Shown here: positions 9,712-21,855 of the stretch, in pieces
Position numbering within the stretch: the stretch's first letter is position 1
How the letters are laid out: each line of letters begins with the position of its first letter
Assembly (NCBI RefSeq): GCF_006345805.1
Contig: NW_021833384.1
Coordinates: forward strand, 1 to 27,266
Reading direction: 5' to 3'
DNA from: Octopus sinensis
Lineage: Eukaryota
Length of the DNA stretch: 27,266 nucleotides
Position numbers and translations under genes: made by a program
The notes under the pieces: model-generated
What the model was told of the DNA's origin: nothing
The model's input: the letters and a program-made list of their open reading frames with translations, nothing else
The model's database searches: none

Positions 9712-10122
9712 CAAAAATACAAAAAGACGACAAAAAGACCTCTTCACCACCCCTCCCTCCTCCTACTTCACCCCCACCACGACCACCAACATCAAAAAAA
9801 AAATAAATAAAAATAAAAATAAAAACACGAAAACAAGGCATAAACAACATAAAAAACAAAAAGACGACAAAAAGACCTCTTCACCACCCCTCCCTCCTAC
9901 TTCACCCCCACCACGACCACCACCATCAAAAAAAAATAAAATAAAAATAAAAACACGAAAACAAGGCATAAACAACATAAAAAACAAAAAGACGACAAAA
10001 AGACCTCTTCACCACCCCTCCCTCCTCCTACTTCACCCCCACCACGACCACCACCATCAAAAAAAAAAAAATTAAAATAAAAATAAAAACACGAAAACAA
10101 GGCATAAAAAACATAAAAAACA
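9712..10122. repeat. Three tandem copies of a ~130-bp A/C-rich unit
   Basis: GACGACAAAAAGACCTCTTCACC starts at 9726, 9863, 9991. Confidence 0.92.
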
Positions 10123-10364
10123 AACAGCTGAAAAGTGTTCTTTAGTAAAAATCAGGAGTTCCATGTTTGTTATGATCGGCAGGTGAAGGTAAGAGGTCAA
10201 AGGACAAAGAGGGAGGAGGAGGAGAGGGATAGAGAGGGAGAGAGAGAGGGAAAGAGGAAGAGGAAGGAGAGGAAGAAGAAGAGAGGGAGGGCGAGGGGAA
10301 AGAGCGAGAGGATGAGGAGTCAGGAGAGGCAGGTGTGGTTGACTAGGATAAAGAGAACGCGGAG

Positions 10365-11195
10365 GTGTTTGTGCGTGTGTGTGAATGTGTGTATGTGTGT
10401 GTACGGGAGTGTGTGTACGGGAGTGTACAGGAGTGTGTATGTGCGTGTGAGTGTGTATGTGTGTGTACAGGAGTGTGTATGTGCGTGTGAGTGTGTATGT
10501 GTGTGTACGGGAGTGTGTGTGGGAAGGTGTGTGTGTGAGTGTGTGTGTGTGTGTATGTGTGTGTATGTGTGTGTACAGGAGTGTGTGTGTGAATGTGTGT
10601 GTATGTGTGTGTACGGGAGTGTGTGTGTGAATGTGTGTGTGTGAGTGTGTGTATGAGTGTGTGTATGTGTGTGTACAGGAGTGTGTGTGGGAATGTGTGT
10701 GTGTGAGTGTGTGTGTGTATGTGTGTGTATGAGTGTGTGTATGTGTGTGTACAGGAGTGTGTGTGAATGTGTGTGTATGAATGTGTGTATGTGTTTGTAC
10801 AAGAGTGTATGTGTGTGTGTGTATATGAATGTGTGTATGTGTGTGTACAGGAGTGTGTGTATGTGTGTGTGCAGAGTGTGTGTAGGAGTGTGTGTGTGTG
10901 AATGTGTGTGTGAGTGTGTGTATGTGTGTCCATGTGTGTGTCCAGGAGTGTGTGTGTGTGAATGTGTGTGTGTGAGTGTGTGTATATGTGTGTGTATGAA
11001 TGTGTGTATGTGTGGGAGTGTGTGCGAATGTGTGTGTGCGTAGGAGTGTGTGTGTGTGAATGTGTGCGTGTGAGTGTGTGTGTGTGTATGAGTGTATTTG
11101 AGTGTGTGTATGTGTGTGAGTGTGTGTTTGTTTGAGCATGTGTGTGTGTACGAGTGAGTGTGTGTGAGTGTGTCTGTGTATGAATGTGTGTGTGT
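10365..11195. repeat. Degenerate (GT)n with recurring GTACAGGAGT/GAAT motifs
   Basis: Seen directly. Confidence 0.93.
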
Positions 11196-11474
11196 TGGTG
11201 GCAGCGGTGGTGGTGGGGTGGTGGGGTGGTGGTGGTGAGTTGAGCGGTTAGGAGAGAAAGGGGTCGTGGAGTGTGAGCAAGAAGAGCAAGGAGGTTTCTA
11301 CGGAGAGCAGCCGGTGGAGCTGGTGTTGGTTGTGCGTTTGCATATGTATGTGTACGTACATATATATATATATATATATATATGTGTGCGGGAGTATGTT
11401 TGTGTATATATGTGTGTTCATTTTTCTATTTATGTATACATACATACATGTGTGTGTATGTTCGTGTGTTTTTC

Positions 11475-12258
11475 TATGTATGTATGTATGTATGTTTGTA
11501 TGTATGTATGTATGTATGTATGTATGTATGTATGTATGAATGTATGTATGTATGTATGTATGTATGTATGTATGTATGAATGTATGTATGTATGTATGTA
11601 TGTATACATGTATGTATGTATGTATGTATGTATGTATGTATGTATGAATGTATGTATGTATGTATGTATGTATGTATGAATGTATGTATGTATGTATGTA
11701 TGTATGTATGTATTATGTATGTATGTATACATGTATGTATGTATGTATGTATGTATGTATGTATGTATGTATGAATGTATGTATGTATGTATGTATGTAT
11801 GTATGTATGTATGTATGTATTATGTATGTATGTATGTATGTATGTATGTATGTTTGTTTGTATTATGTATGTATGAATGTATGCATGCATGTATGTATGC
11901 ATGTATGTATGTATGTATGTAGTATGTATGTATGTATGTATGTATGTATGTATGTATGTATGTATGTATGTATGTATGTATATATGTATGTATATATGTA
12001 TGTATGTATATATGTATGTATGTATGTATATATGTATGTATGCATGCATGTATGTATGCATGTATGTATGTATGTATGTATGTATGCATGTATGTATGTA
12101 TGTATGTATGCATGCATGTATGTATGCATGTATGTATGTATGTATGTATGTATGTATGTATGTATATATGTATGTATGTATGTATGTATATATGTATGTA
12201 TGCATGTATGTATGTATGTATGTATGTATGTATGTATGTATGTATGTATGCATTTATG

Positions 12259-12290
<32 letters not shown>

Positions 12291-12324
12291 AATGTATGCA
12301 TGTATGTATGTATGTATCTATATG

Positions 12325-12356
<32 letters not shown>

Positions 12357-12626
12357 TGTATGTATGTATGTATGTATGTATGTATGTATGTATGTATGCA
12401 TGTATGTATGTATGTATGTATGTATGTATGTATGTATGTATTATGCATTTATGTATATGTATGTATGTATGTATGTATGTATGAATGATGTATGCATGTA
12501 TGTATTTATGTATCTATGTATGTATGTATGTATGTATTATGTATGTATGTATGTATGTATGTATGTATGATGTATAATGTATGTATGTATGTAGTATGTA
12601 TGTATGTATGTATGTATGCATTTATG

Positions 12627-12660
<34 letters not shown>

Positions 12661-12820
12661 TGAATGTATGCATGTATGTATGTATGTATCTATATGTATG
12701 TATGTATGTATGTGTGTATGTATGTATGTATGTATGTATGTATGTATGTATGTATATATGTATGTATGCATGTATGTATGTATGTATGTATGTATGTATG
12801 TATGTATGTATGCATTTATG

Positions 12821-12854
<34 letters not shown>

Positions 12855-12954
12855 TGAATGTATGCATGTATGTATGTATGTATCTATATGTATGTATGTA
12901 TGTATGTGTGTATGTATGTATGTATGTATGTATGTATGTATGTATGCATTTATG

Positions 12955-12988
<34 letters not shown>

Positions 12989-13225
12989 TGAATGTATGCA
13001 TGTATGTATGTATGTATCTATATGTATGTATGTATGTATGTGTGTATGTATGTTATGTATGTATGTATGTATGTATGTATGTATGTATGTATGAATGTAT
13101 GTATGTATGTATGTATGTATGTATGTATGTATGTATGAATGTATGCATGTATGTATGTATGTATCTATATGTATGAATGTATGTATGTATGTATGTATGT
13201 ATGTATGTATGTATTTATGTATGTA
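11475..13225. repeat. Long (TATG)n tetranucleotide array with repeated variant blocks (second array ~13780-14045)
   Basis: Seen directly; variants TGAA, TGCA, TCTA, CATT recur in order. Confidence 0.97.
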
Positions 13226-13504
13226 TACGTACATGAACGTGTGTGTACATGTGTGTGTGTATGTATGTATACGTACATGTGTGTGTATATGTGTGTTTTT
13301 TTCTATGCATGTATTTATACGTTCATGAATGTGTGTATGTGTGTGTGTTTGTGTATGTATATTCATATGCGTGTGTGTATAAGTGTATGTTTTTGTATTT
13401 ATGTATACGTGCATTTATGTGTGTGTTGTGTGTGTGTGTGTGTATCTGTGTATAAGAGTATGCTTGTGCGTGTGTATATGTGTGTGTGTGAGTGATGGTA
13501 GTGG

Positions 13505-13544
13505 TATTCTTGAGGGAATGTTATGATGGTGGTAGGCGTGTGTA

Positions 13545-13587
<43 letters not shown>

Positions 13588-13588
13588 T

Positions 13589-13641
<53 letters not shown>

Positions 13642-13672
13642 CACGCCTACCACCATCATAACATTCCCTCAA

Positions 13673-13677
<5 letters not shown>
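13505..13677. repeat. Inverted repeat, 36-bp unique arms (13505-13540 / 13642-13677) around a (TA)n centre
   Basis: TATTCTTGAGGGAATGTTATGATGGTGGTAGGCGTG and its exact reverse complement. Confidence 0.95.
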
Positions 13678-13737
<60 letters not shown>

Positions 13738-13796
13738 CATATGTGTGTGTATATATACACATGTGTGTAATACCTATGTAAATGTATGTATGTATG

Positions 13797-13830
<34 letters not shown>

Positions 13831-13876
13831 TGTGTGTATGTAAGTATGTATGTATGAATGTATGTATGTATGTATG

Positions 13877-13910
<34 letters not shown>

Positions 13911-14439
13911 TGCATGTATGTATGTATGTATGTATGTGTGTATGTATGTATGTATGTATGTATGTATGTATGTATGTATGTATGTATGTATTTATGTATG
14001 TATGTATGTATGTATGTATATATGTATGTATGTATGTATGTATGTACGTATGTGTGTTTGCGCTAGCGGTGTGTGTATGTGTTGTGGTCTTAGTGGTGGA
14101 AAGATTAAACAGTCATGACGAGGTGGTGGCGTTGGTGTGTGTTTGTATGTGTGACTGTGTTTGTGCATATGTGCGTGTGTGGTGCTTTTGTGTGCGTAGC
14201 GGTGTTAGTTTTTGTTTGTGGTGGTGTCGTGGCTGTGATGATGTAACGGTAATGGGTTGTGATATTGTGGTGGCAGTGGTGGGTGGTGGTGGAGGGTAGT
14301 GGCTGTGGCAGCGGTGGTGGTGGTGTGGGGGGCGGTGGCGGTCTTGTGGGAATTGGTGGTGGGTCGTGGCCGGAATGGTGACGATCGTGGCGAAGAACTT
14401 GTCATACACCAGAACCACATGACACCAAGGTAAAGAGGA

Positions 14440-15128
14440 AGATGATGATGATGATGATAATAATGATGATGATGGAATAGGAGGAGTAAGAGAGATTAGA
14501 AGTAAGAAATGATGATGATGATAACGATGATGAAGGGGTGAAGGAGGAGGAGGAGGAGGAAGAAAGAAGAGAAGAAAGAAATGATGGTGATGATGATGAT
14601 GATGATGATGATGATAATGATGATGAATAAGAAGAAGTCGCAAAAAGCTCTTCATTTCACAGAAAAAAGATGGAGACAAACGACAGCAGAGAAAACTAGA
14701 ACTAGGAGGAGAGGAGGAGGAAGAGGAGGAAGAGGAGGAGGAAGTAGAGGAGGAAGAGGAGGAGGAAGTAGAGGAGGAAGTAGAGGAGGAAGAAGAAGAG
14801 GAGGTAGAAGTGGAGGAAGAAGAAGAGGAGGTAGAAGAGAGGAAGAAGATTAGGAATAGGTAGAAGAAGTAGGAGAAGCGGAGGGAGGAACAAAAAGAGA
14901 GAAGAGGAGGAAAAAAAGAGGAGGACAGAGGAGAATAAGAGGAGGAAAGGAGGAAGAAGAAGAAAAGATGATGAAGAGGAGGAGGAAGAAGGGGAGGAAG
15001 TGGAGGAGGAAGAGGAGGAAGAAGAGGAGGAAGAAGAGGAGGAGAGGAGGAGGAAGAAGAGGAGGAGAGGAGGAGGGAGAGGAAGAGGAGAGGAGGAGGG
15101 AGAGGAAGAGGAGGAAGAGGAAGAGGGG
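14440..15128. repeat. (GAT)n and (GGA/GAA)n polypurine low-complexity region
   Basis: Seen directly. Confidence 0.92.
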
Positions 15129-15144
15129 AAATTCTCTAAAGACA

Positions 15145-15965
15145 ATAATGGCGATGGTGGTGGCGGAGCTGTTGGTGTTGTCGATGGTATTGGAGGGATT
15201 GGTGGTAGAGGGGATGGCTGTGGCAACAGTATTGGTCTTATTATCGCTTGTGGTGGTGGTGGTGGTAGTTGTGGGGGTAGTAGTTGTAGTAATAGTGGTG
15301 GTGTAGAAGTTGGTGATGCTAGTGGTTGTGATTGTGTGTAGTGGTGGTGGTTATGGTGGTGGTGGTGATGATGGTGGTGGTGGTGGTGGCGGTGGTGTTG
15401 GTGTTGTTGGTGGTGTTAGTGGTGGTAACAATGGCGATGATGGTGGTGGTAGTAGTTGTGGTAATAACAGTGGTGGTGGTGGTGGTGGTGGTGGTGGTGG
15501 TGGTGATGATGGTGGTGGTGGTGGCAATTGGTGGTGGTGATGGTGGTGGTTATGATGGTGGTTGTGATGATGGTAGTGGTGATGGTGGTGGTAATGGTGT
15601 TGGTGTTGATGGTGGTGGTGATGATGGTGATAGCGGTGGTGATGGTATTGGTGGTGGTGGTGATGGTAATGGTGGTGGTGGTGATGGTGGTGGTTATGAT
15701 GGTGGTTGTGGTGGTAATGGTGGTGATGGTGATGGTGGTGGTGGTGATGGTGATGGTGATGGTATTGGTGGTGGTGGTGATGGTAATGGTGGTGGTGATG
15801 GTATTGGTGATGGTAATGGTGGTGGTGGTGGTGATGGTGGTGGTGGTGGTGGCGGTGGCGGTGGTGGCGGTGGCGGTGTTGTTGGTGGTGTTAGTGGTGG
15901 TAACAATGGTGATGATGATGGTGGCAGTTGTGGTATAATAACAGTGGTGGTGGTGGTGGTGGAGG
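15145..15965. repeat. Degenerate (GGT/GAT)n repeat
   Basis: Seen directly. Confidence 0.93.
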
Positions 15966-16247
15966 GTTTATAATGACAGCTGCTATGTCGGATGGTGGGT
16001 GTTGTTGAATCAAAGAGAAAAAAAAAACAAAGAGAAAAATCTCAGGAAAGTCTATTGAACTTCGAATTAACAAAATCGATATTAAATAAGTTTCGGTTAT
16101 CAAATCGATATTAAATAATTTTCAGTTATCTGAAGTATTGAGAAGTTCAAGGTCATGCACTTTTCATTGCGTGGGTGGAAGGGACGGGGACAGCTCGTTT
16201 ACACCGACCTCTTGTTCATGATTCTGATTTTTTAAAAAAATCCTTTA

Positions 16248-16357
16248 TCCGAAATTCCAAAATCCGAAAACCTCCAAAATCCGAAAACCTCCAAAATCCG
16301 AAAACCTCCAAAATCCGAAAATCTCCAAAATCCGAAAACCTCCAAAATCCGAAAACT
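16248..16357 (+). repeat. 17-bp tandem repeat (TCCGAAAACCTCCAAAA), ~5.5 copies; possible pogo/Tigger-like transposon end extending to ~16403
   Basis: TCCGAAAA at 16263, 16280, 16297, 16314, 16331, 16348. The downstream ACTTTTT...GCTGACATGA...TGGAAAATTCCACA recalls Tigger4/Zombi-type subterminal sequence (from memory). Confidence 0.8.
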
Positions 16358-16854
16358 TTTTTCTAATGCTGACATGAAACGCTAGAAATGGAAAATTCCA
16401 CAGAGTGCCAGGAAGGTTCCAGCTGAGCTATATACTATGATTTCTGTCGACTCACTCAGCCCTATTCCCAACAGACACTGCTCCTTGTTCTCTCGGCTCT
16501 AGATATACAAAGATTTGATAAAACTAGTCTATAAATTAAAACTGTGACAAGCAAAATCTGTAACGAGTCTTTCTTCCTGATACCTTAGTAGTTTCTAAGC
16601 TGAAGTGAAGGCAGCATGTTCTTTGTCAAACTTCTTAGCATCTTGGAGATTTTAGATAAAATTATACTAATATGTCCATCTGTTTTAATTAAATTAAATT
16701 CTATGTATTTATGCAGCTGAGGATTGGTCTGCATTTAAATTGATGAAATGGTTGCATTGTTCAATTAAATGGAGTTGCTTGAAACGATCGTACTGCATTA
16801 CCTCTGGATATTTTTGTTGCTTAAAAATTTGACGTAAAAAGGTTGCAGTGAATA

Positions 16855-17240
16855 TTGAAGCACAGTGGCTATTCTGTGATGGTCTGGGGAGAAATTTGGA
16901 GCAATGGTCGATCAGAGATAGGTGGAATGTAGGGAAACATAAACTAAGATAAATATGTGTCCATATTGCAGAAAGGGCGCCTTCCAATCTTCTCTAGTTG
17001 TGATCTTTATTTATAGAAGATGGAATTAAAAAGTCACCAGACATAAGTCCTATTGAACACATCTGAGACATAATGGACAGGACACTTCATAAAAAGAACA
17101 AGAAATCATTCCCAAAGTCAGATCTTTTGAGATTACTGCGTGAAACTTAGCAAGAAATTCCTCAAGAGTACATTCGTCATCTGATCAGTAGCATACCTAA
17201 TAGGGTCTATGCCTTGAAAAAATGCAAAGGGTGTGTCTAA
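16855..17240 (+). pseudogene. Decayed Tc1-family (DD34E) transposase C-terminal fragment
   Basis: Manual translation gives LKHSGYSVMVWGEIWSNG...N*DKYVSILQ (from 16855) and SPDISPIEHI*DIM...ET*QEIPQEYIRHLISSIPNRV (from 17034), matching the Tc1 motifs KHGGGSVMVWG and SPDLNPIEHLW. In-frame stops; the second-Asp segment appears deleted. Confidence 0.85.
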
Positions 17241-17276
17241 TAAATTTAAGATACTCACATTATAACAATATATATA

Positions 17277-17955
17277 TCTCTTATTATAAAAGGCAGATTT
17301 TATCTGCCTCCCTTTGTATCTTATAGAAATCTACAATATAGGATTTCTTCAATTACAATTTACCTAGCATTTTTAAGAGTAGAATGCCTCGGGTCGTGCC
17401 AGGTCCAGTTTTTAAAATTTCAACCCCAATTAAGCAAAATTTAGAGAAAACTCACATTGTGGTGTATGAGTCAAATGCATTTCTTAGTGTGGGTTACAGC
17501 ATTCGCACACACACACACACACAAAAAGGAGCGATCTGATTCACTCACGCTATCACTCTCATTTCTCCCACTTTCTTTTGCAAGTCTACCTACAACACTA
17601 CTCAAAAAAAAGAGCAGCAAACAGAAACAAATAAATACAATAACGATTTACTCCTCACACAATTTTCTTCAATTAGAACTTTACCTATGATTTTTCAAAG
17701 AACTTTCATTGGGTCATGCCATACAAAATTTCTTTCAATTTCACCCCCAATTAAGACAAAATTCGAGAAAACTCAATATTTTAACATTTCACTTTGAAGC
17801 CTTTACTCTGCCTATTACTCCCACTTCCTCTTTAGACACATAGACACGCTAATATATACGACAGTGTCAATTGTTGACAGACATTGTAAGCTAACGTGTG
17901 TGTGTGTGTGTGTGTGTGCGTGTGTGTCTCTGTGTGTGTGTGTGTGTGTGTGAGG

Positions 17956-17988
<33 letters not shown>

Positions 17989-18696
17989 ACAGGGATGACC
18001 CATTCAACTGGTCCTCCTTTTGCTAGAAGATCACCTATGCTACACCACTGGTTTTCAGTTCATATTAATCAAATATATTCACAAGAAGAAGGACTATTCA
18101 TTATAATACATCAGTTCCATCAGACAACTGCACAAACATTTGCCATTTTACACATGTATGTAAACAAATTCCTTTCTTTTAGAATTTCAATTCATTTTCT
18201 TTTTCAATTCATACAAAGTTATTTAGGACGAATATAACATCTAAAGTTATCTCTAAGAAGCAGAAGATCGCCCAAAAGTGTATATAGATATTTAAATGTA
18301 TTTATATATTCATCTATGCACACATGTATGTATAACGTGTGTTATATTTTCCATAGAGGTAACCATTCACTCCGCACAAAGTTTTTTAGGACGAAAATAA
18401 CATCTAAAGTTATCTCTAAGTAGCAGTCGCCCAAAAGTGTATATAGACACACACATGTATGTATAATGTGTGTGTATATATTTCCATAGAGGTACCATTC
18501 ACTCCATACAAAGTTATTTAGGACGAATATAAGATCTAAAGTTATCTCTAAGAAACAGAAAGATCGCCCAAAAGTGTATATAGATATTTAAATGTATTTA
18601 TATATTCATCTATAACACACATGTATGTATAATGTGTGTGTATATATTTCCATAGAGGTAACCATTCACTCCATACAAAGTTTTTTAGGACGAAAA
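17277..18696 (+). mobile_element. Probable Helitron 5' portion (H3) with internal duplications; own 3' end not seen
   Basis: A|TCTCTTATTATAAAAGGCAG start resembles the other Helitron 5' ends. Contains a diverged ~115-bp duplication (17343-17456 vs 17663-17775) and a tandem array, and runs directly into H4. Confidence 0.5.
18210..18696. repeat. Tandem array of 163/132/167-bp related units
   Basis: AGGACGAA at 18225, 18388, 18520, 18687. Confidence 0.92.
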
Positions 18697-19547
18697 TCTT
18701 TATATATAAAAAAAGTTGTGTGTCTGTCTACTCCGATTTAGATTCCTAATACTCCCACATTTGCGATGCAGTTTAACCAAAACCGAGTATCTTATAGTCG
18801 TGATTTATATCGAGCCCTTCTGGGTATTAGCGCGCGTCTACGATGAGTCTATACGATTTTACAAATAATTTACCATCATTTTTTCCCATTTTAATGCATT
18901 TTTTTAAAATTAAGGAGTAACTCTCAAACTTCACACCAATATGCGTGCTCATATGCGACGTAATATCACATCAGCAGCATTTCCTCACACCCTCATTGCA
19001 CTTGGCGAAGGCAAAATACCAGGGGATGAAAATGGTAATATTGCCATCGATTCCATTTGTACCATTGTTAAGACTAAGACGCCTTCTGATCTCAGAGATG
19101 CAGTGTTCCAAGATCTACAAGCTAATTATCAGAATATGGATTGGATTGGCAAAAAGGCTATACTGGCCCCAAGGAATAAAACTGTTCACCATATTAATGA
19201 TGAAATGCTAAAACTCATTCCTGGGGAAGTCTATGTATATCAGTCTATCGATACAACTCCTGACCTACCCAGAGACGTCATCAACTATCCAATAGAGGTA
19301 CTCAATTCCTTTGAGCACCCCGGACTACCACCACACATTCTCAAACTTAAAGTTGGTGCCCCTATAATGCTCATCAGAAATTTGGTTCCCCCAAAACAAT
19401 GCAATGGCACACGTTTGATCGTTAAGTCCTTATCTCCCAGCGTAAACTTATATCAATATTTGCCTGAATAATCATCATCATTCAGTGCAATCATTAACAG
19501 TACTTTCAAGTAATTCAGCCCCGAGCAACGCCGGGCAATTCTGCTAG
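18697..19547 (+). mobile_element. Internally deleted Helitron (H4) carrying a helicase fragment
   Basis: A|TC start, first ~220 bp homologous to H1, 3' hairpin CCCGAGCAACGCCGGG, then CTGCTAG|T at 19547. Confidence 0.92.
18929..19471 (+). pseudogene. PIF1-family (Helitron RepHel) helicase internal fragment
   Basis: Motifs LHTNMR, LGEG, KAILAPRN...IN, GLPPHILKLKVGAPIMLIRNL...CNGTRL. Lacks Walker A/B and the Rep domain; uninterrupted frame. Confidence 0.92.
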
Positions 19548-20240
19548 TATATATATAAACGGCAAAATGTCTGCGTGAGTGTCCTTTATACAAATCCACA
19601 ATTTTTCAGTTAGAGGGCTCGCACTTTCTATGGTCATTCAAAACCATCCAAGGGTGGTCGTGCACATCTTTACATTTCCCCAGTCACCCCGCAAATCTCT
19701 CTCTATATAAACGGCAAAATGTCTGCGTGGGTGTCCTTTATACAAATCCACAATTTTTCAGTTAGAGGGCTCGCACTTTCTATGGTCATTCAAAACCATC
19801 CAAGGGTGGTCGAGCACATCTTTACATTTCCCCAGTCACCCCGCAAAGCCATTAAAAATCAATAGAAGTGACTTTTTTTGTGAATTTTCTATCTAAAACC
19901 CAATCAAAATGCCCGGAACTTGATAACTAATATTACAGGCATCCCCCTCACACACACACTAAATAAACATAGACGCACATAGAGATATAAGCATGCGCAA
20001 ATGAAGACATACAATAGAAATACAAAATGGCTGACGGTTAGTAAGGAGAGACACAAGTAAGTGAGAAAAAAACAAAGGACCACTGATGCGGTCACAGGAG
20101 TGTGACGAAAGAACTTTGGCCGAAATAAGATTAAGATTAATGTAAAAAATAAATATCACTGAAGCAAAATAACACCAAATATATAGTGCGTGTGTTTTTA
20201 TTGGCTAAACTGGCAATATGACCATTCCGAAATATAACAA
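19548..20240 (+). mobile_element. Helitron-like element 5' region (H5) with tandem-duplicated 148-bp head (19548-19695, 19696 onward)
   Basis: The second copy begins A|TCTCTCTCTATATAAACGGCA, the same 5' tip as H6. Homologous sequence is inverted at ~25105-25314. Right boundary is uncertain. Confidence 0.68.
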
Positions 20241-20264
20241 TATATATATATATATATATATATT

Positions 20265-20528
20265 TGTGTGTGTGTGTGTGTGTATGTGTGTGTGTGTGTG
20301 TGTTTGTGTGTCTGTGTTTGTCCCCCTAGCATTGCTTGACAACTGATGCTGGTGTGTTTACGTCCCCGTCACTTAGCGGTTCGGCAAAAAGAGACCGATA
20401 GAATAAGTACTGGGCTTACAAAAAAAGAATAAGTCCCGGGGTCGAATTGCTCGACTAAAAGGTGGTGCTCCAACATGGCCGCAGTCAAAATGACTGAAAC
20501 AAGTAAAAGAGTAAAAGAGTAAAAGAGT
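20265..20528 (+). mobile_element. SINE 3' half (family of 5500-6021)
   Basis: (TG)n, GCTTGACAAC...CCGCAGTCAAAATGACTGAAACAA, (GTAAAAGA)3 tail. Confidence 0.88.
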
Positions 20529-21267
20529 ATATCATTTTCATCCCAGATTTTATAAAGGATTATTCGAAAAACTTTCAAGGGAATAATAGGTCCCTTGAAT
20601 ATAGATTTGGAGATGGGAACCCACATTGATAAATATAAAGAAACTGGCTGTTGGATATCATAAAAGTACACTTTCCACGTAATTTTATCTAGATTTCTTT
20701 CCAGAAAATCTTTCTACGATTAGCAATTATAAGTAGTTACTCCGGAAAAGTTTCTGAATAATACCGAGTCCTTTGCATATAAATGGGGAATTGAGAGCCT
20801 TTATTGATAATTAAAAAGGGATTGGTAGTCAGATGTCATAAAAAAAGTAAACCTTTTAAATCATTTTCATACAGATTTCTTGTCAGAAAATCTTGGTGTG
20901 CTAAGCAATTAGAAGAACGATTTCCATTCGTGCATAGGTAACTCGATTCCAAGGATTTTGAAATGAAGGCATAATATATTGTATCACGACTACCTAGACC
21001 AACATTGGAAGAGATAATTAAAATCATATTTACAAAATATATAAAACAAATTTGCATAATATATATATATTCTTCAAATTACAGGTACATCAATGGTGTA
21101 AAAAGAAAATAAAAAATTTAAGAAAAAAACAGTTACAATTAATTACATTTTAATTAATCAAGTATTGCACTTTGTGCTTCGGTTCAAGCAATAAAGATAT
21201 TTGGTATCAAATGTTATTTGATATACCTTAATTAATGAGAAAATTTAGATAAATAATGTACGTCATA

Positions 21268-21855
21268 GGCGCAGGAGAGTGGCTGTGTGGTAAGTAGCTT
21301 GCTAACCAACCACATGGTTCTGGGTTCAGTCCCACTGCGTGGCATATTGGGCAAGTGTCTTCTGCTATAGCCCCGGGCCGACCAATGCCTTGTGAGTGGA
21401 TTTGGTTGACGGAAACTGAAAGAAGCCCGTCGTATATATGTATATAGGAGTGGCTGTGTGGTAAGTAGCTTGCTAACCAACCACATGGTTCTGGGTTCAG
21501 TCCCACTGCGTGGCATCTTGGGCAAGTGTCTTCTGCTATAGCCCTGGGCTGACCAATGCCTTGTGAGTGGATTTGGTAGACGGAAACTGAAAGAAGCCCG
21601 TCGTATATATGTATATATATATATGTGTGTGTGTATGTGTTTGTGTGTCTGTGTTTGTTCCCCTAGCATTGCTTGACAACCGATGCTGGTGTGTTTACGT
21701 CCCCGTCACTTAGCGGTTTGGCAAAAGAGAGACCGATAGAATAAGAACTGGGCTTACAAAGAAGAATAAGTCCCAGGGTCGATTTGCTCGACTAAAGGCG
21801 GTGCTCCAGCATGGCCGCAGTCAAATGACTGAAACAAGTAAAAGAGTAAAAGAGT
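21268..21855 (+). mobile_element. tRNA-derived SINE with tandemly duplicated head (second head from 21446)
   Basis: Two near-identical A-box/B-box heads (TGGCTGTGTGG ... GGTTCAGTCC) and one tail; possible TSD GTCATA (21262-67 / 21854-59). Confidence 0.9.

Noticed and set aside
9263-10075. Acidic poly-Asp/Lys-rich 270-aa ORF
   Set aside because: Concatenation of (AAT)n, (GAT)n and an A-rich tandem repeat; TTG/GTG-type start; no homology signal.
10072-14118. Numerous MYVC/HTYI ORFs
   Set aside because: Artefacts of (GT)n and (TATG)n.
15000-15973. Glycine-rich 'structural protein' ORFs
   Set aside because: Degenerate (GGT)n open in several frames, with no signal peptide or splice support.
16073-16130. 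29-bp tandem duplication
   Set aside because: Two copies only; ordinary slippage with no further structure.
16248-16357. Short regular repeats as a possible CRISPR array (likewise 25314-26097)
   Set aside because: No unique spacers, no cas genes, eukaryotic context.
16709-16987. 92-aa minus-strand ORF
   Set aside because: Antisense shadow of the plus-strand Tc1 relic.
20530-21060. Unique-looking AT-rich segment with possible exon (20875-20937) or decayed RT
   Set aside because: Frames are interrupted by stops and no convincing motif was found; would need tBLASTx or RNA-seq.
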